64,000 nt of DNA from an uncultured Glaciecola sp. (GTDB lineage Bacteria > Pseudomonadota > Gammaproteobacteria > Enterobacterales > Alteromonadaceae). This document shows, one piece after another, positions 48,880 to 58,785 of the stretch (position 1 is its first letter; every line of letters starts with the position of its first letter). The notes under the pieces were generated by a model. It was given only the letters and a program-made list of their open reading frames with translations. It was not told the DNA's origin and ran no database searches. The position numbers and the translations under genes were made by a program. The DNA is taken from positions 4,593 to 68,592 of the forward strand of contig CAYURD010000008.1 in assembly GCA_964446865.1 (NCBI GenBank), in the 5' to 3' direction.

Positions 48880-50364
48880 GTGAATATACCAAATAAACAA
48901 AGAGTCGTTATCGTGGGTGGTGGAACTGCCGGCTGGATGACTGCCGCGGCTATGTCAAAACAATTAGCCAAAGTATGTGACATTACACTTATCGAGTCTG
49001 AAGAGATTGGTAGCGTTGGCGTGGGTGAGGCTACTATTCCAACAATGCACGTTTTTAATAGCTTGATAGGACTGGATGAGCAGGAGTTTATGCGAGAGAC
49101 ATCTGCTACGTTTAAGTTAGGAATTTCATTTGAAAACTGGAAAGACATTGGTGACGAGTACTTCCATTCATTTGGTAGTATCGGACAAGAAAGTTTTTAC
49201 GCTGATTTCCACCACTTTTGGTTACGAAGTCAGAGTGAGGGTATTGATTCGGACATTGGCGAATATTGCGTCGAACTGCAAGCTGCTAAAGCGAATAAGT
49301 TTTATAAAGGAAACCCAAACCAATCAAATATTAATTACGCCTTTCATTTGGACTCCTCTGCCTACGCACAATATTTACGTAAACTAAGCGAAGCAAATGG
49401 TATCAATCGTATAGAGGGAAAAATTGTCAAGGTACTTCAGTGCCCACAAGAAGGAACCATTCAAGCAATAACGCTAGCATCGGGAGAGCAAATAACGGGC
49501 GATATTTTTATTGATTGCAGTGGATTTAGAGGTTTATTGATAGAAGAGACCCTACACAGTGGCTTTGAGGATTGGTCTCATCATTTATTGTGCAATAGTG
49601 CATATGTCATGCAAACTGCATCCACCGACAAACTTGTACCCTACACTCGTTCTATCGCCCATTGCGCTGGCTGGCGCTGGCAAATACCCTTACAACACCG
49701 CGTCGGGAACGGTTTAGTCTATTGCGATAAATACCTTAATGATGACCAAGCTCGTCAATTATTAATCGACAGTGTTCAAGGCGAAGGCGTGACAGAGCCG
49801 CGTTTAATAAAGTTTAAAACAGGTAGACGAAGAAAAGCGTGGATTAAAAACTGCATTGCGATTGGCTTATCTAGTGGATTTGTCGAACCATTAGAATCCA
49901 CCAGTATCCACCTTATATCTAGTGGCATTATTCGTCTTATCCGCGCTTTTCCATTTGGTAAAATTACGCCTTCAGCAGTCGATGAATATAATGAACAAAC
50001 CCAAGTAGAGTTAGAGAAAATTCGTGATTTTATTATTTTACATTATCACCTTACTAATCGAGAGGATTCACCATTTTGGCGTTATTGCAAGAATATGGAG
50101 ATCCCAGATACCCTTGCTCACCGTATCGATTTGTTTGCCGAAAGTGCTCAGGCAATGCAAGCTAGTGGAGAACTGTTTAGGGTGGATTCTTGGGTACAAG
50201 TCATGTTGGGACAAGGTATTATACCTCAGCACTATCACCCGATAGTGCATGCTATGAGTTCACAAGAGTTGCTTCAGTTTCTAACCCGTTTTAGACAATC
50301 TGTGAAACAGACCGTTGAGGGATTTCCAGATCATAAACATTTTGTAGAGCGCTATTGCCAATAA
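48880..50364 (+). CDS. Flavin-dependent tryptophan halogenase family protein
   Basis: GGGTAGW, GVGEAT, catalytic Lys in ATFKLGI, WRWQIP, FVEPLESTSI. Confidence 0.93.
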   Translation: MNIPNKQRVVIVGGGTAGWMTAAAMSKQLAKVCDITLIESEEIGSVGVGEATIPTMHVFNSLIGLDEQEFMRETSATFKLGISFENWKDIGDEYFHSFGSIGQESFYADFHHFWLRSQSEGIDSDIGEYCVELQAAKANKFYKGNPNQSNINYAFHLDSSAYAQYLRKLSEANGINRIEGKIVKVLQCPQEGTIQAITLASGEQITGDIFIDCSGFRGLLIEETLHSGFEDWSHHLLCNSAYVMQTASTDKLVPYTRSIAHCAGWRWQIPLQHRVGNGLVYCDKYLNDDQARQLLIDSVQGEGVTEPRLIKFKTGRRRKAWIKNCIAIGLSSGFVEPLESTSIHLISSGIIRLIRAFPFGKITPSAVDEYNEQTQVELEKIRDFIILHYHLTNREDSPFWRYCKNMEIPDTLAHRIDLFAESAQAMQASGELFRVDSWVQVMLGQGIIPQHYHPIVHAMSSQELLQFLTRFRQSVKQTVEGFPDHKHFVERYCQ

Positions 50365-50412
50365 GCGCATTATCACAGCTACGATTTACGTTATTATTAT
50401 GGCGTAAAAATC

Positions 50413-51516
50413 TCAATACGGTAATCCTGGGATGTTAAGTTCTACCGAATGAATTGAATACACTCGGCTCGCATGATCACCACTAGCTTGCTCCACTGTT
50501 ATAAAAAGCGTTTTATTTTCGGGGCCGCCAAACGCGACATTACTGGCTTGAAACTGATTGGTTTTAACCTTTATCGAACCCAAACGTTCACCATCGGGAG
50601 CATATACATCGACCTTGCCTAGTTGAGTCACATACAAGTTGCCAGCACAATCCACAACCATGCCATCTGCGGTGGTATCGGTTAGGCCAAATTCACGTTT
50701 GTTGCTGACCGAGCCATCCGCATTAACAGTGTAGGCAAACAACTTTCCGGTACGATCCCACCTTCCTTTATTGGCAGGGGCACCATCAATGTGTGTTACG
50801 TAAAGCGTTTTTTCATCTGGCGATAATGAAATTCCGTTAGGTTGAATAAGTGTTGAATCTATAATAGTGGCAGTACCATTAGGTTTGAGCCATGTCACAA
50901 ACAAGGAGTTGAGTGGCGGGTTACCCCCGTTTGCGCCATCTTGTTGCCAATTAGGGTCTGAAAAATAGATATGACCATCTGAGCGTATAGTAATATCATT
51001 TGGTGAGTTAAAACGAGTGCCATCCTGATACAGGTGCGCATAGCTGCTCCTGACTTTGGAGTCCAAAGCAAATCTCGCAATTTCTCTTTTATCATGTGCT
51101 GCACCAAAAAGGCTCTTACCGTCTGGCGAAAGCGCTAAACCGTTTGTACCGCTATTCGGATACCAGACTTGTGTTTCTTTTGACTCAGGATCGAATTTAA
51201 TGATATTTGCACTTCGCGAGTCTTGCCATCCAATCCCTTCGGCATCTTTATTTCTATACATTTCTGAAAAATACAACACTTGTTGTGATTCAACCCAGAC
51301 TATACCTTCGGCACCTTTAAACCCCTCTTTGAGAAGTTTAACCTCAAGATTAGATAACTTAGGTCTAGTTTCTTTGACTGTGTTTGGGCATATTTCAGAT
51401 GCCATACTAGGATGAGTTTGCGACCCTGCCGATACTTCAGATGTATCACTACATGCCAGTATCGCAAGCGTTGAAAGGGACAAAATACTTAGTTTTATAG
51501 GAGCTGAAATCATCAC
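50413..51516 (-). CDS. SMP-30/gluconolactonase family lipoprotein
   Basis: Lipobox ILAC; AEGIVW, TNGL, FNSPND, PNGISLSPD, ADGMVVD, SNVAFGG. Confidence 0.9.
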   Translation of the reverse strand: MMISAPIKLSILSLSTLAILACSDTSEVSAGSQTHPSMASEICPNTVKETRPKLSNLEVKLLKEGFKGAEGIVWVESQQVLYFSEMYRNKDAEGIGWQDSRSANIIKFDPESKETQVWYPNSGTNGLALSPDGKSLFGAAHDKREIARFALDSKVRSSYAHLYQDGTRFNSPNDITIRSDGHIYFSDPNWQQDGANGGNPPLNSLFVTWLKPNGTATIIDSTLIQPNGISLSPDEKTLYVTHIDGAPANKGRWDRTGKLFAYTVNADGSVSNKREFGLTDTTADGMVVDCAGNLYVTQLGKVDVYAPDGERLGSIKVKTNQFQASNVAFGGPENKTLFITVEQASGDHASRVYSIHSVELNIPGLPY

Positions 51517-51545
51517 CTTACCTTAATAATATCAATTATTTATGA

Positions 51546-52202
51546 TCAATCTGGAATTGCTGCCAGATAAGATTTTACGCGATTTGCTATCGTACTTTCA
51601 TCTGTCTTTGAACGGATCACACTTGCGATATCACTTCCTATACCGACAGCTGGTGCGCCAGCGTCAAACCATGAGCGAATATTGTGTAAATCTATGCCTC
51701 CCACGGGTACAATCGAAGTATTGTCAAATGGGCCCTGAATACTTTTATAATATCCTAGCCCTAAATCACCAGCAGGGAAAAGCTTAATAATATCAGCCTC
51801 CCACTCTATCGCTTTTGCAATTTCTGATGGCGTGTAGGCCCCCATTAGCACCGGAATGTCGTTGTCGTGAGCAACTTCCACAATCGATTTATTAATATTT
51901 GGCGTCACCAAAAACTGCGCCCCTGCCCTGATGGCTTTTTTAGCTTGTGAATCTTCTAATATAGTGCCTGCACCTATCAGAATGTGAGGATGAGCTTTTC
52001 TTGCTGCTGCTATTTCTTCACAAAATCCTGGTGTATTAGAGGTGATCTCCAAAGCCTTTATTCCAGCGTTAATAACACAGCTAATAAGTGGACTCACCTC
52101 ACTTTGTGACTTAAGCCGAACAATTACCAAGACTTTTGCGTTAAAAATTGCTTGCTTAATGTTAGTGCGAGCACTTTTAGAGACACTCATTATTGATTTC
52201 AC
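51546..52202 (-). CDS. eda: KDPG/KHG (2-keto-3-deoxy-6-phospho-aldonate) aldolase
   Basis: LEIT, IGAGT, GAQFLVTP, TPSE, IKLFPA, PVGGI. Confidence 0.9.
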   Translation of the reverse strand: MKSIMSVSKSARTNIKQAIFNAKVLVIVRLKSQSEVSPLISCVINAGIKALEITSNTPGFCEEIAAARKAHPHILIGAGTILEDSQAKKAIRAGAQFLVTPNINKSIVEVAHDNDIPVLMGAYTPSEIAKAIEWEADIIKLFPAGDLGLGYYKSIQGPFDNTSIVPVGGIDLHNIRSWFDAGAPAVGIGSDIASVIRSKTDESTIANRVKSYLAAIPD

Positions 52203-52206
52203 CCTG

Positions 52207-53202
52207 TTATCTTAATACATGGCCAGACGTTTCACCGTTTGCCACAGCTTGTATTTGTTTTGCGTTACTAACATGCTGATCGCCCAACAAAGTATGCTTA
52301 AGGGCAAAGGCCGCGCTAGCAAAATTTATAGAGTCTTGGTCACTTTTTGAGTGTAAAAGTGCGTGTAATAAGCCTGCAGCGAAAGCATCTCCGGTGCCAA
52401 ACCTATCAATAATATCTACCTCATAAGCATTTGAAGATACCACTTTATCTTTCTTTAAGAATAAACCTGAAAGTGTATTTTTAGTTGATGAAGTGTGGAC
52501 CCTGTTGGTAAACGCTACCATTGGCAACGAAAAGGTTTCTTTTAAATAGCTAGCAGCACGCTCAGTGGCTTGGTTCTTATAGTGAACATCAAAAACGTCG
52601 GCAACGACACCTGCATTGCCTAATGCGAGATCAGTATTGTCAAGAATATCACTAAATACTGTTCTGGCTTGACTAACGTCATTCCAGAGTGTTCTCCTGT
52701 AATTCAAGTCAAAGCTCACTTTTACGCCCATTGATTGAGCAGTTTGAGCTGCTTTAAGCGTCTCTTTGGCACATTGAGTCGAAAGCGCCGGGGTAATTCC
52801 CGACAAATGTAACCACTGCTGTCCTTTTAAAATCATTTCCCAATCAAACTCATCCTCACCGATTTCACTGATCGCAGAATACTTGCGATCATAAACCACT
52901 CTAGACGGACGGATAGAAGCACCTAATTCAATAAAGTAAGTGCCCAAACGATGACCACCGCGCTTAATATATTGTGTGCAAATCTCATATCTATGCAGTG
53001 AGGAAACAGCTGCATCACCCACTGGATTTGCGGGGAATTTACTCACAAACTGAGTTGCGTGCCCTAATGTAGCAAGAGAGCTCGCCACATTGGCCTCAGC
53101 ACCAGCATAGTTCGAGTCTAGTGTAGAAGCACTGCCAATCGTCTGAAAGCGTTGTGACGGAGTTAACCTTAGCATCACTTCGCCAAACAAAGTGACGCTC
53201 AC
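52207..53202 (-). CDS. kdgK: 2-keto-3-deoxy-aldonate kinase, PfkB family
   Basis: FGEVMLRL, AGAEANVA, VVYDR, HLSGITPAL, FDLNYR, DRFGTGDAFAAG. Confidence 0.88.
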   Translation of the reverse strand: MSVTLFGEVMLRLTPSQRFQTIGSASTLDSNYAGAEANVASSLATLGHATQFVSKFPANPVGDAAVSSLHRYEICTQYIKRGGHRLGTYFIELGASIRPSRVVYDRKYSAISEIGEDEFDWEMILKGQQWLHLSGITPALSTQCAKETLKAAQTAQSMGVKVSFDLNYRRTLWNDVSQARTVFSDILDNTDLALGNAGVVADVFDVHYKNQATERAASYLKETFSLPMVAFTNRVHTSSTKNTLSGLFLKKDKVVSSNAYEVDIIDRFGTGDAFAAGLLHALLHSKSDQDSINFASAAFALKHTLLGDQHVSNAKQIQAVANGETSGHVLR

Positions 53203-54572
53203 CTTGCAGGCTCTTCTTGGCCGTCGTCAAGCGTGACTCGTTCAATCTTACCAACCAAAAACAAATAAGAACAAAAACCGATAAGTGCTAACGAACCCAC
53301 AAACATTAGCGCTGGCTTGAAATCACCTTCAGTCACTAAAAATCCGATAATAATGGGCACGGTAACACCAGCTAAACTACCAATTGCATTCATGCATCCT
53401 CCCACCAAACCAATGAGTTTTTTGGGCGCCAAGTGAGAAACGAATATCCACGCGATGGAAGCCAGCCCGTTACCAAAAAATGCAAGAGATAAAAACAAGA
53501 TGATTAAGGCAGTATTGTCAGTATAGTTGGCGCCAATGATGAACATCGAAAACAACATACCGGTGATGATAGGAGCTTTTCTAGATACTTCTTTAGATAC
53601 GCCTCTACGAATTAGGAAATCAGAAATGAAACCCGCTATCAGTACTCCAAAGAATGCAGCAATAAACGGGATTGAAGCTAAAAACCCTGATTTAATGAAG
53701 TCTAAGCCACGATATTCCACCAAATAGGTCGGGAACCAAGTTAAAAAGAAAATAATCGTCCCCCCCATACAATACTGACCAATATAAATACCCCATAACT
53801 TGCGACTAGAGAAGACCACTTTCAAATTCGCCCAAGTCAATTTAGGTTGTTGAACAGGCTCTGCTTCTGCAGCTATTTTTACTGCCTTTTGAATCTCTTT
53901 AGAGCCTGCTTCATCACTTGTAATGTGAGCATATTCGGCTTCATTAACACCTGCATGTTCATCGGGTTCTCGATAAAAAATGTACCAAATAGCCGCCCAT
54001 ATAAAACCCACCAAACCCGAAACAATAAATAATCCTCTCCAACCAAATGCATCTTGGATCACAACCAAAAGAGGTAGCATAAATGCCAACCCAATAAATT
54101 GTCCGGAAGTATATATTGCAATAGCAGACGCACGCTCGCTCTCAGGAAACCAGTTCGTTACAATTTTATTGTTACAAGGATAAGAAGGCGCTTCAAACAC
54201 GCCGATGGCCATTCTGCAACCTATCAGTGCCATGAAGGAACTCACTAAGCCCTGTGCTAGGGTTGCCGTAGACCAAAGCACTAAAATAATTGGATAGAGT
54301 ACTCGCGCCCGCACAAAGTCGACGACCACTCCGCCAGGGATTTGCATCACAGAGTATGTCCACCCAAAAGCAGAAAAAATTAAGCCCATTTGAATCGACG
54401 TAAGTGATAACTCGTCAGTTAACGCAGCTGCTGCAACAGAGATATTGGTGCGATCCATATAGTTAATAACAACGCTAATAAACACTAGCCCCAATATTTG
54501 AAAGCGTTTCTTAGATGCTTTTTGGACGTTTGTAGCAGTCCCCGTCGATTCGTTGCTGCTTGCTTGAGACAT
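53199..54572 (-). CDS. MFS anion:cation symporter, DgoT-like aldonate transporter
   Basis: INYMDRTN, QIPGG, EAPSYP, WFPESERA, GQFIG, FFLTWFPTYL. Confidence 0.88.
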   Translation of the reverse strand: MSQASSNESTGTATNVQKASKKRFQILGLVFISVVINYMDRTNISVAAAALTDELSLTSIQMGLIFSAFGWTYSVMQIPGGVVVDFVRARVLYPIILVLWSTATLAQGLVSSFMALIGCRMAIGVFEAPSYPCNNKIVTNWFPESERASAIAIYTSGQFIGLAFMLPLLVVIQDAFGWRGLFIVSGLVGFIWAAIWYIFYREPDEHAGVNEAEYAHITSDEAGSKEIQKAVKIAAEAEPVQQPKLTWANLKVVFSSRKLWGIYIGQYCMGGTIIFFLTWFPTYLVEYRGLDFIKSGFLASIPFIAAFFGVLIAGFISDFLIRRGVSKEVSRKAPIITGMLFSMFIIGANYTDNTALIILFLSLAFFGNGLASIAWIFVSHLAPKKLIGLVGGCMNAIGSLAGVTVPIIIGFLVTEGDFKPALMFVGSLALIGFCSYLFLVGKIERVTLDDGQEEPAR

Positions 54573-54578
54573 TATTTA

Positions 54579-55733
54579 TCACCAGTTAGTATAGGACCCG
54601 TCGCGTTTGTATAAACGGGGGGCTTCCCAAAAATCAAATGCCAAATCTCGTATTAGGTGTTCGTTAACATCAACACCTAACCCAATTTTGTCACTTACTT
54701 CAAAACAATTATTGATAACCTTTGGACGCTCGGTAAAGTAGTTATCGAAATCTGTCATGTCATCGCTATAGGGTGATAATTCTAGCCAAGCCATGTTGTT
54801 GATAGCCGCGCAAAAGTGGATAGAAGCGGCACTGCATATGGGACTTAAAGGATTGTGAGGCATCATATCGATATAGTGTACTTCGCACATACCAGCAATT
54901 TTCATTGCTTCGGTAAAGCCACCAGCGTTACAAATATCAATGCGAGCAAAATCCGCGATATTGTTTTCGATATAGGGTGCAAAATCCCATTTACTTGTAA
55001 ATTCTTCGCCAATCGCAAAAGGCACATCACATAATTTCCTGAGTGCTTGATATGCGCCGGGCGTTTCATCTCTAATGGGCTCTTCAATGAAATCCAGTGT
55101 GCCGCGAGGCATTCGTTGCAAAAAAGAGCTAGTTTCAGGCACTGATAAACGGTGGTGATAATCTGTACCTAGTGTAATTTCTGCGCCGAGCGCTTCTCGA
55201 GCTTTACGGATCCACTTTGCGTTTAATGCGATGTTCTCTCTGGGCTCAAATACGTTTTTTTCGTTCTGATTACCATTTAGACCGTGATTGATACGGATAG
55301 CGTTCCAACCTTCCTCTTTTAAGCGCAACACGTCGTCAATTAATTCAGGACCCATTGCCATAGTGCTTGTCGCAAACAGAGGAATTCGCTCCCTTTGTTT
55401 GCCTCCCAGCAATTGGTATACCGGCACGTTTAAGCTTTTGGCCACTAAATCATGCAAAGCTATATCAATTGCTGCGATGGCAGCGGCGAGTACTCTACCA
55501 CCTTCGAAGTACTGGCCTCGATACATTTCTTGCCACAATGCGCCAATATTTCGGGGGTCTTGCCCTACTAGGAAGTTGGCAAAATGCTCTACAGCGCCAA
55601 TAACTGCCTTTTCTCTTCCTGACAGTCCTGACTCTCCCCAACCATATATGCCGGCATCCGTTTCAACTTTGATTAAACAAACGTTTCTAAAGCCTGCCCA
55701 AAAGCCATAAGCTTTAACCGAAGATATTTTCAT
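54579..55733 (-). CDS. Enolase-superfamily aldonate dehydratase (DgoD/RspA-like)
   Basis: KVETDAGIYGWGE, PVYQLLGG, DYHH, FIEEP, GEEF, PHNPLSP, DGSYTNW. Confidence 0.88.
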   Translation of the reverse strand: MKISSVKAYGFWAGFRNVCLIKVETDAGIYGWGESGLSGREKAVIGAVEHFANFLVGQDPRNIGALWQEMYRGQYFEGGRVLAAAIAAIDIALHDLVAKSLNVPVYQLLGGKQRERIPLFATSTMAMGPELIDDVLRLKEEGWNAIRINHGLNGNQNEKNVFEPRENIALNAKWIRKAREALGAEITLGTDYHHRLSVPETSSFLQRMPRGTLDFIEEPIRDETPGAYQALRKLCDVPFAIGEEFTSKWDFAPYIENNIADFARIDICNAGGFTEAMKIAGMCEVHYIDMMPHNPLSPICSAASIHFCAAINNMAWLELSPYSDDMTDFDNYFTERPKVINNCFEVSDKIGLGVDVNEHLIRDLAFDFWEAPRLYKRDGSYTNW

Positions 55734-55747
55734 ATAAGTCTTACCTG

Positions 55748-56416
55748 TTACCTAGCATGCAATGTCCAATAGTCACCGCTATTGTCAATGTGTTTATTTA
55801 ACACCTCGAGCACTTTTTCCAAATCATGCTCTTCTATGCCTTTTATAATTAACTCGTGCTCTGCTAGGCTTTGCGAAAATCGTTTAGATGAAAATGCTAA
55901 GTTGTTATGGAATGCTTGCAGCATCAGACGATTTTTTTGCCACAACGCAAGTGCCCTTTTATTATAGTGTTGTCGATACATCAATGAATGGAATATAGCG
56001 TCTAACTCTCTATATCTGACAAAATCTGAAGGGTTCAAACTGCGCATCTCATCGAGCACCAACTTTAAGTCAATAAGCTGTTCTTGACTATGCTCATTGA
56101 CAAACCACGTAATTAAATAGGGCTCCAGTAATTGCAATATTTCGTAAACATCCCGCATTGCATGAAACTCAAACTTAGTGACTCGGGCGCCACTATTTGG
56201 TGCTATTGTGACAAAGCCTTCGCCTTGTAGTTTTTGGAGGGCCTCTCGTATTGGGTTAACACTGGTTCCATATCGCTTTGCCAAGGTAGTGGTGACTAAA
56301 CGATCGCCGCTTGACCAAACACCTTTTGCTAAGTCACTGAGTATTAAATCGTAGATTGAGGGCTCTTGCTCTTGATTAGACAACTGTCCAGTTTTCTGGC
56401 TTTCTATTTCTTGCAT
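55748..56416 (-). CDS. GntR-family (FCD) transcriptional regulator
   Basis: LAKRYGTSVNPIREALQKLQGEG; DAIFH; EHELII; ATG at 56416. Confidence 0.9.
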   Translation of the reverse strand: MQEIESQKTGQLSNQEQEPSIYDLILSDLAKGVWSSGDRLVTTTLAKRYGTSVNPIREALQKLQGEGFVTIAPNSGARVTKFEFHAMRDVYEILQLLEPYLITWFVNEHSQEQLIDLKLVLDEMRSLNPSDFVRYRELDAIFHSLMYRQHYNKRALALWQKNRLMLQAFHNNLAFSSKRFSQSLAEHELIIKGIEEHDLEKVLEVLNKHIDNSGDYWTLHAR

Positions 56417-56602
56417 GTACTGCACATCCGTTTTAGTAAAGTCATTTAAACACAATAATAGTCGTATAAGCTGAAACAGTAAATAGCGCTATTCAAGGGC
56501 GATTGCCGCATTCGTCGTCGCTTAATTTTGATGGTCTCGACAAAACTTAGTTAACACCAAAAAAACAAATTTTTAATAAGAACGAAACAAATAATATACC
56601 TT

Positions 56603-56644
56603 ATTGCACGCTATTTCAAATATATTACGTGCAATTGTTGCAGA
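56603..56644. promoter_or_regulatory. Tandem GntR-like operator between gntR and the DUF5060 gene
   Basis: ATTGCACGCTAT (56603), ATTACGTGCAAT (56624), ATTGTTGCAGA (56634). Confidence 0.55.
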
Positions 56645-56788
56645 AGGGAGTTTAGCCACGTATATTCATAGTCGTCAGTGCGGTATAAGCATCTAAGCCT
56701 AAATCTTAGGACGTCGCTTTGTATTGCTAGCACTGAAGGTTATACTAAATATGTCGCAAGATAATTCCTTTCAAAATGGAGCTTAAGC

Positions 56789-58705
56789 ATGTCAAACCCC
56801 TTAGTTCGTAGCATTTCTACAAAACTTACCACCCTACTTAGAAATGCTTTAGTTATGCTATTTATTATTTTTTTATCCGCTTGCCAATCAGGTCAAGATG
56901 AACAAACTAGTCCTGGTGCAATGACGCTATCGCCATTACAAAAATGGCATACTCTTACCTTGTCATTTGAAGGGGAAAACACACACGAAGCGGCGCAAAT
57001 CAATCCATTTACCGATTATCGTTTAATGGTTAAATTTACCCATGAAGATAAAACAGTGTGGGTTCGTGGTTTTTATGCGGCCGATGGCGACGCGGCAAAT
57101 TCGGGCGCAAGCGAAGGAAACATATGGCAAGTAAGGTTCAGTCCAAGTTTACTTGGCACTTGGTCTTATCAAGCCTATCTGCATACTGGCAGTAAAATAG
57201 CAGTAAATAGAAATATTGAAGATGGTCAACGGCAAGTAATAAAAAACGACACAGGACAATTTGTCGTTGTCCCCTCGGACAAAACCGGAAAGGATTTTAG
57301 AGCCCATGGCAAACTTGCATTAAAGGGGCGGTATATGGGATTTAAATCTGCTATGCCGAGCAATAACTCGGATGATAGCGGTCAAGAAGGATTCAGCGTT
57401 TGGCTTAAAAATGGCGCGAACAGTCCTGAGAACTTTTTAGCATATTACGAATTTGATGGCACATACCGTAGTGATCTAGAAAATTTGCACGATGAAGCCA
57501 TTCAAAAAGACAAGCTACACCATTTTGACGCCCACGCGAAAGATTGGCAAGCCGGAGACCTTACATGGGCTAATGGTCGCGGTAAAAATATTGTCGGGGC
57601 AACTAATTATCTTGCCGACATGGGCATGACATCAATTTACTTTTTAACGATGAATATCAACGGTGACGGAAAAGACGTATGGCCATATACCAGTTATACC
57701 GAACGTGAACGCTTTGATGTTAGCAAGCTAGAACAGTGGAACTTGTTGTTTAATCACATGCAAAGTAAAGGATTAGCCTTGCACGTTGTGACCCAAGAGA
57801 CCGAAAATGAACGTTTATTAGATGATGGTGATGTGGGATTTCATCGCGCTTTGTATTATCAAGAACTGATTGCACGATTTGGGCATCATTTAGCAATCAT
57901 TTGGAATCTAGGCGAAGAAAATGGGCCAGTAAGTTGGTCACCAACTGGTCAGTCACCTGAGCAGGTGCGCGCAATGGCCCAGTACTTTAAAGCAAATGAC
58001 CCCTATCAGAACCCGGTTTATGTTCATACCCATGCAAGCCATAAAGATCGAAACGAAACTTTGCCTGACGTAGTTGGCGAAACCGCATTGGACGGGCTTT
58101 CATTCCAAGCAAATCACCCACACACAGTCAACAATGCAATAAATGAATGGCGCCAACGAGCTGCTCAAAAAGGCAATGATATTCAAATTAGTATGGATGA
58201 AATTGGCCCAGCAAAAGCAGGTCTCGTGCCAGACAATGATGATCCGAACCATGATCATCTTCGTCAACAAGTATTATGGGGCGGGCTTATGGCTGGAGCA
58301 TCTGGAGTGGAATGGTACTTTGGGTATAAATATCCACATCATGATTTAACCTCAGAAGACTGGCGTCAACGTCACAATATGTGGAAACAGACAAATATCG
58401 CGTCTACATTTTTATTGCAGTACCCAATAAGCGATATGGTTCCAAACAACAAGCTAACAAGTAACAAAGATGACTTTGTTTTGGCGAACGAGGGTGATGT
58501 TTACCTTATTTATATGCCAAAAACTCAAGATGGTAATCTCGTAAGTCTTGCTCAAGGACAATATTCGGTTTATTGGTTTGATCCACTAAATGGTGGTCCG
58601 CTCAAGTCGGGTACCGTAAAAACAGTGGACGCAGATAACCGTAATATTGGCACACCTAATACAAACGAAAGCCAAGATTGGCTCGCTGTCTTAAAGCGCC
58701 TCTAA
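56789..58705 (+). CDS. DUF5060 lipoprotein with TIM-barrel glycoside-hydrolase-like core
   Basis: Lipobox LSAC; NPFTDYRL...GFYAADG...WQVRFSP; IWNLGEEN and MDEIGP resemble clan GH-A Glu pairs; WFDPLNGG C-terminal domain. Confidence 0.8.
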   Translation: MSNPLVRSISTKLTTLLRNALVMLFIIFLSACQSGQDEQTSPGAMTLSPLQKWHTLTLSFEGENTHEAAQINPFTDYRLMVKFTHEDKTVWVRGFYAADGDAANSGASEGNIWQVRFSPSLLGTWSYQAYLHTGSKIAVNRNIEDGQRQVIKNDTGQFVVVPSDKTGKDFRAHGKLALKGRYMGFKSAMPSNNSDDSGQEGFSVWLKNGANSPENFLAYYEFDGTYRSDLENLHDEAIQKDKLHHFDAHAKDWQAGDLTWANGRGKNIVGATNYLADMGMTSIYFLTMNINGDGKDVWPYTSYTERERFDVSKLEQWNLLFNHMQSKGLALHVVTQETENERLLDDGDVGFHRALYYQELIARFGHHLAIIWNLGEENGPVSWSPTGQSPEQVRAMAQYFKANDPYQNPVYVHTHASHKDRNETLPDVVGETALDGLSFQANHPHTVNNAINEWRQRAAQKGNDIQISMDEIGPAKAGLVPDNDDPNHDHLRQQVLWGGLMAGASGVEWYFGYKYPHHDLTSEDWRQRHNMWKQTNIASTFLLQYPISDMVPNNKLTSNKDDFVLANEGDVYLIYMPKTQDGNLVSLAQGQYSVYWFDPLNGGPLKSGTVKTVDADNRNIGTPNTNESQDWLAVLKRL

Positions 58706-58748
58706 CGTTAAGGTATGACATAAAAGGTAAGTATAAAATATACCTAAT

Positions 58749-58776
58749 GTGCAGGTTCTTATTATTGAACCTGCAC
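58749..58776. terminator. Bidirectional terminator hairpin
   Basis: GTGCAGGTTC-N8-GAACCTGCAC between convergent genes. Confidence 0.7.
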
Positions 58777-58785
58777 CATAGTTTC

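Noticed and set aside
47835-50364. Halogenated natural-product biosynthetic cluster
   Set aside because: No NRPS/PKS, precursor peptide, prnBCD-like genes or exporter nearby.
56645-56788. Possible riboswitch-like leader before DUF5060 (CAGTGC...GCACTG pairing)
   Set aside because: Only short stems and no recognisable riboswitch consensus.
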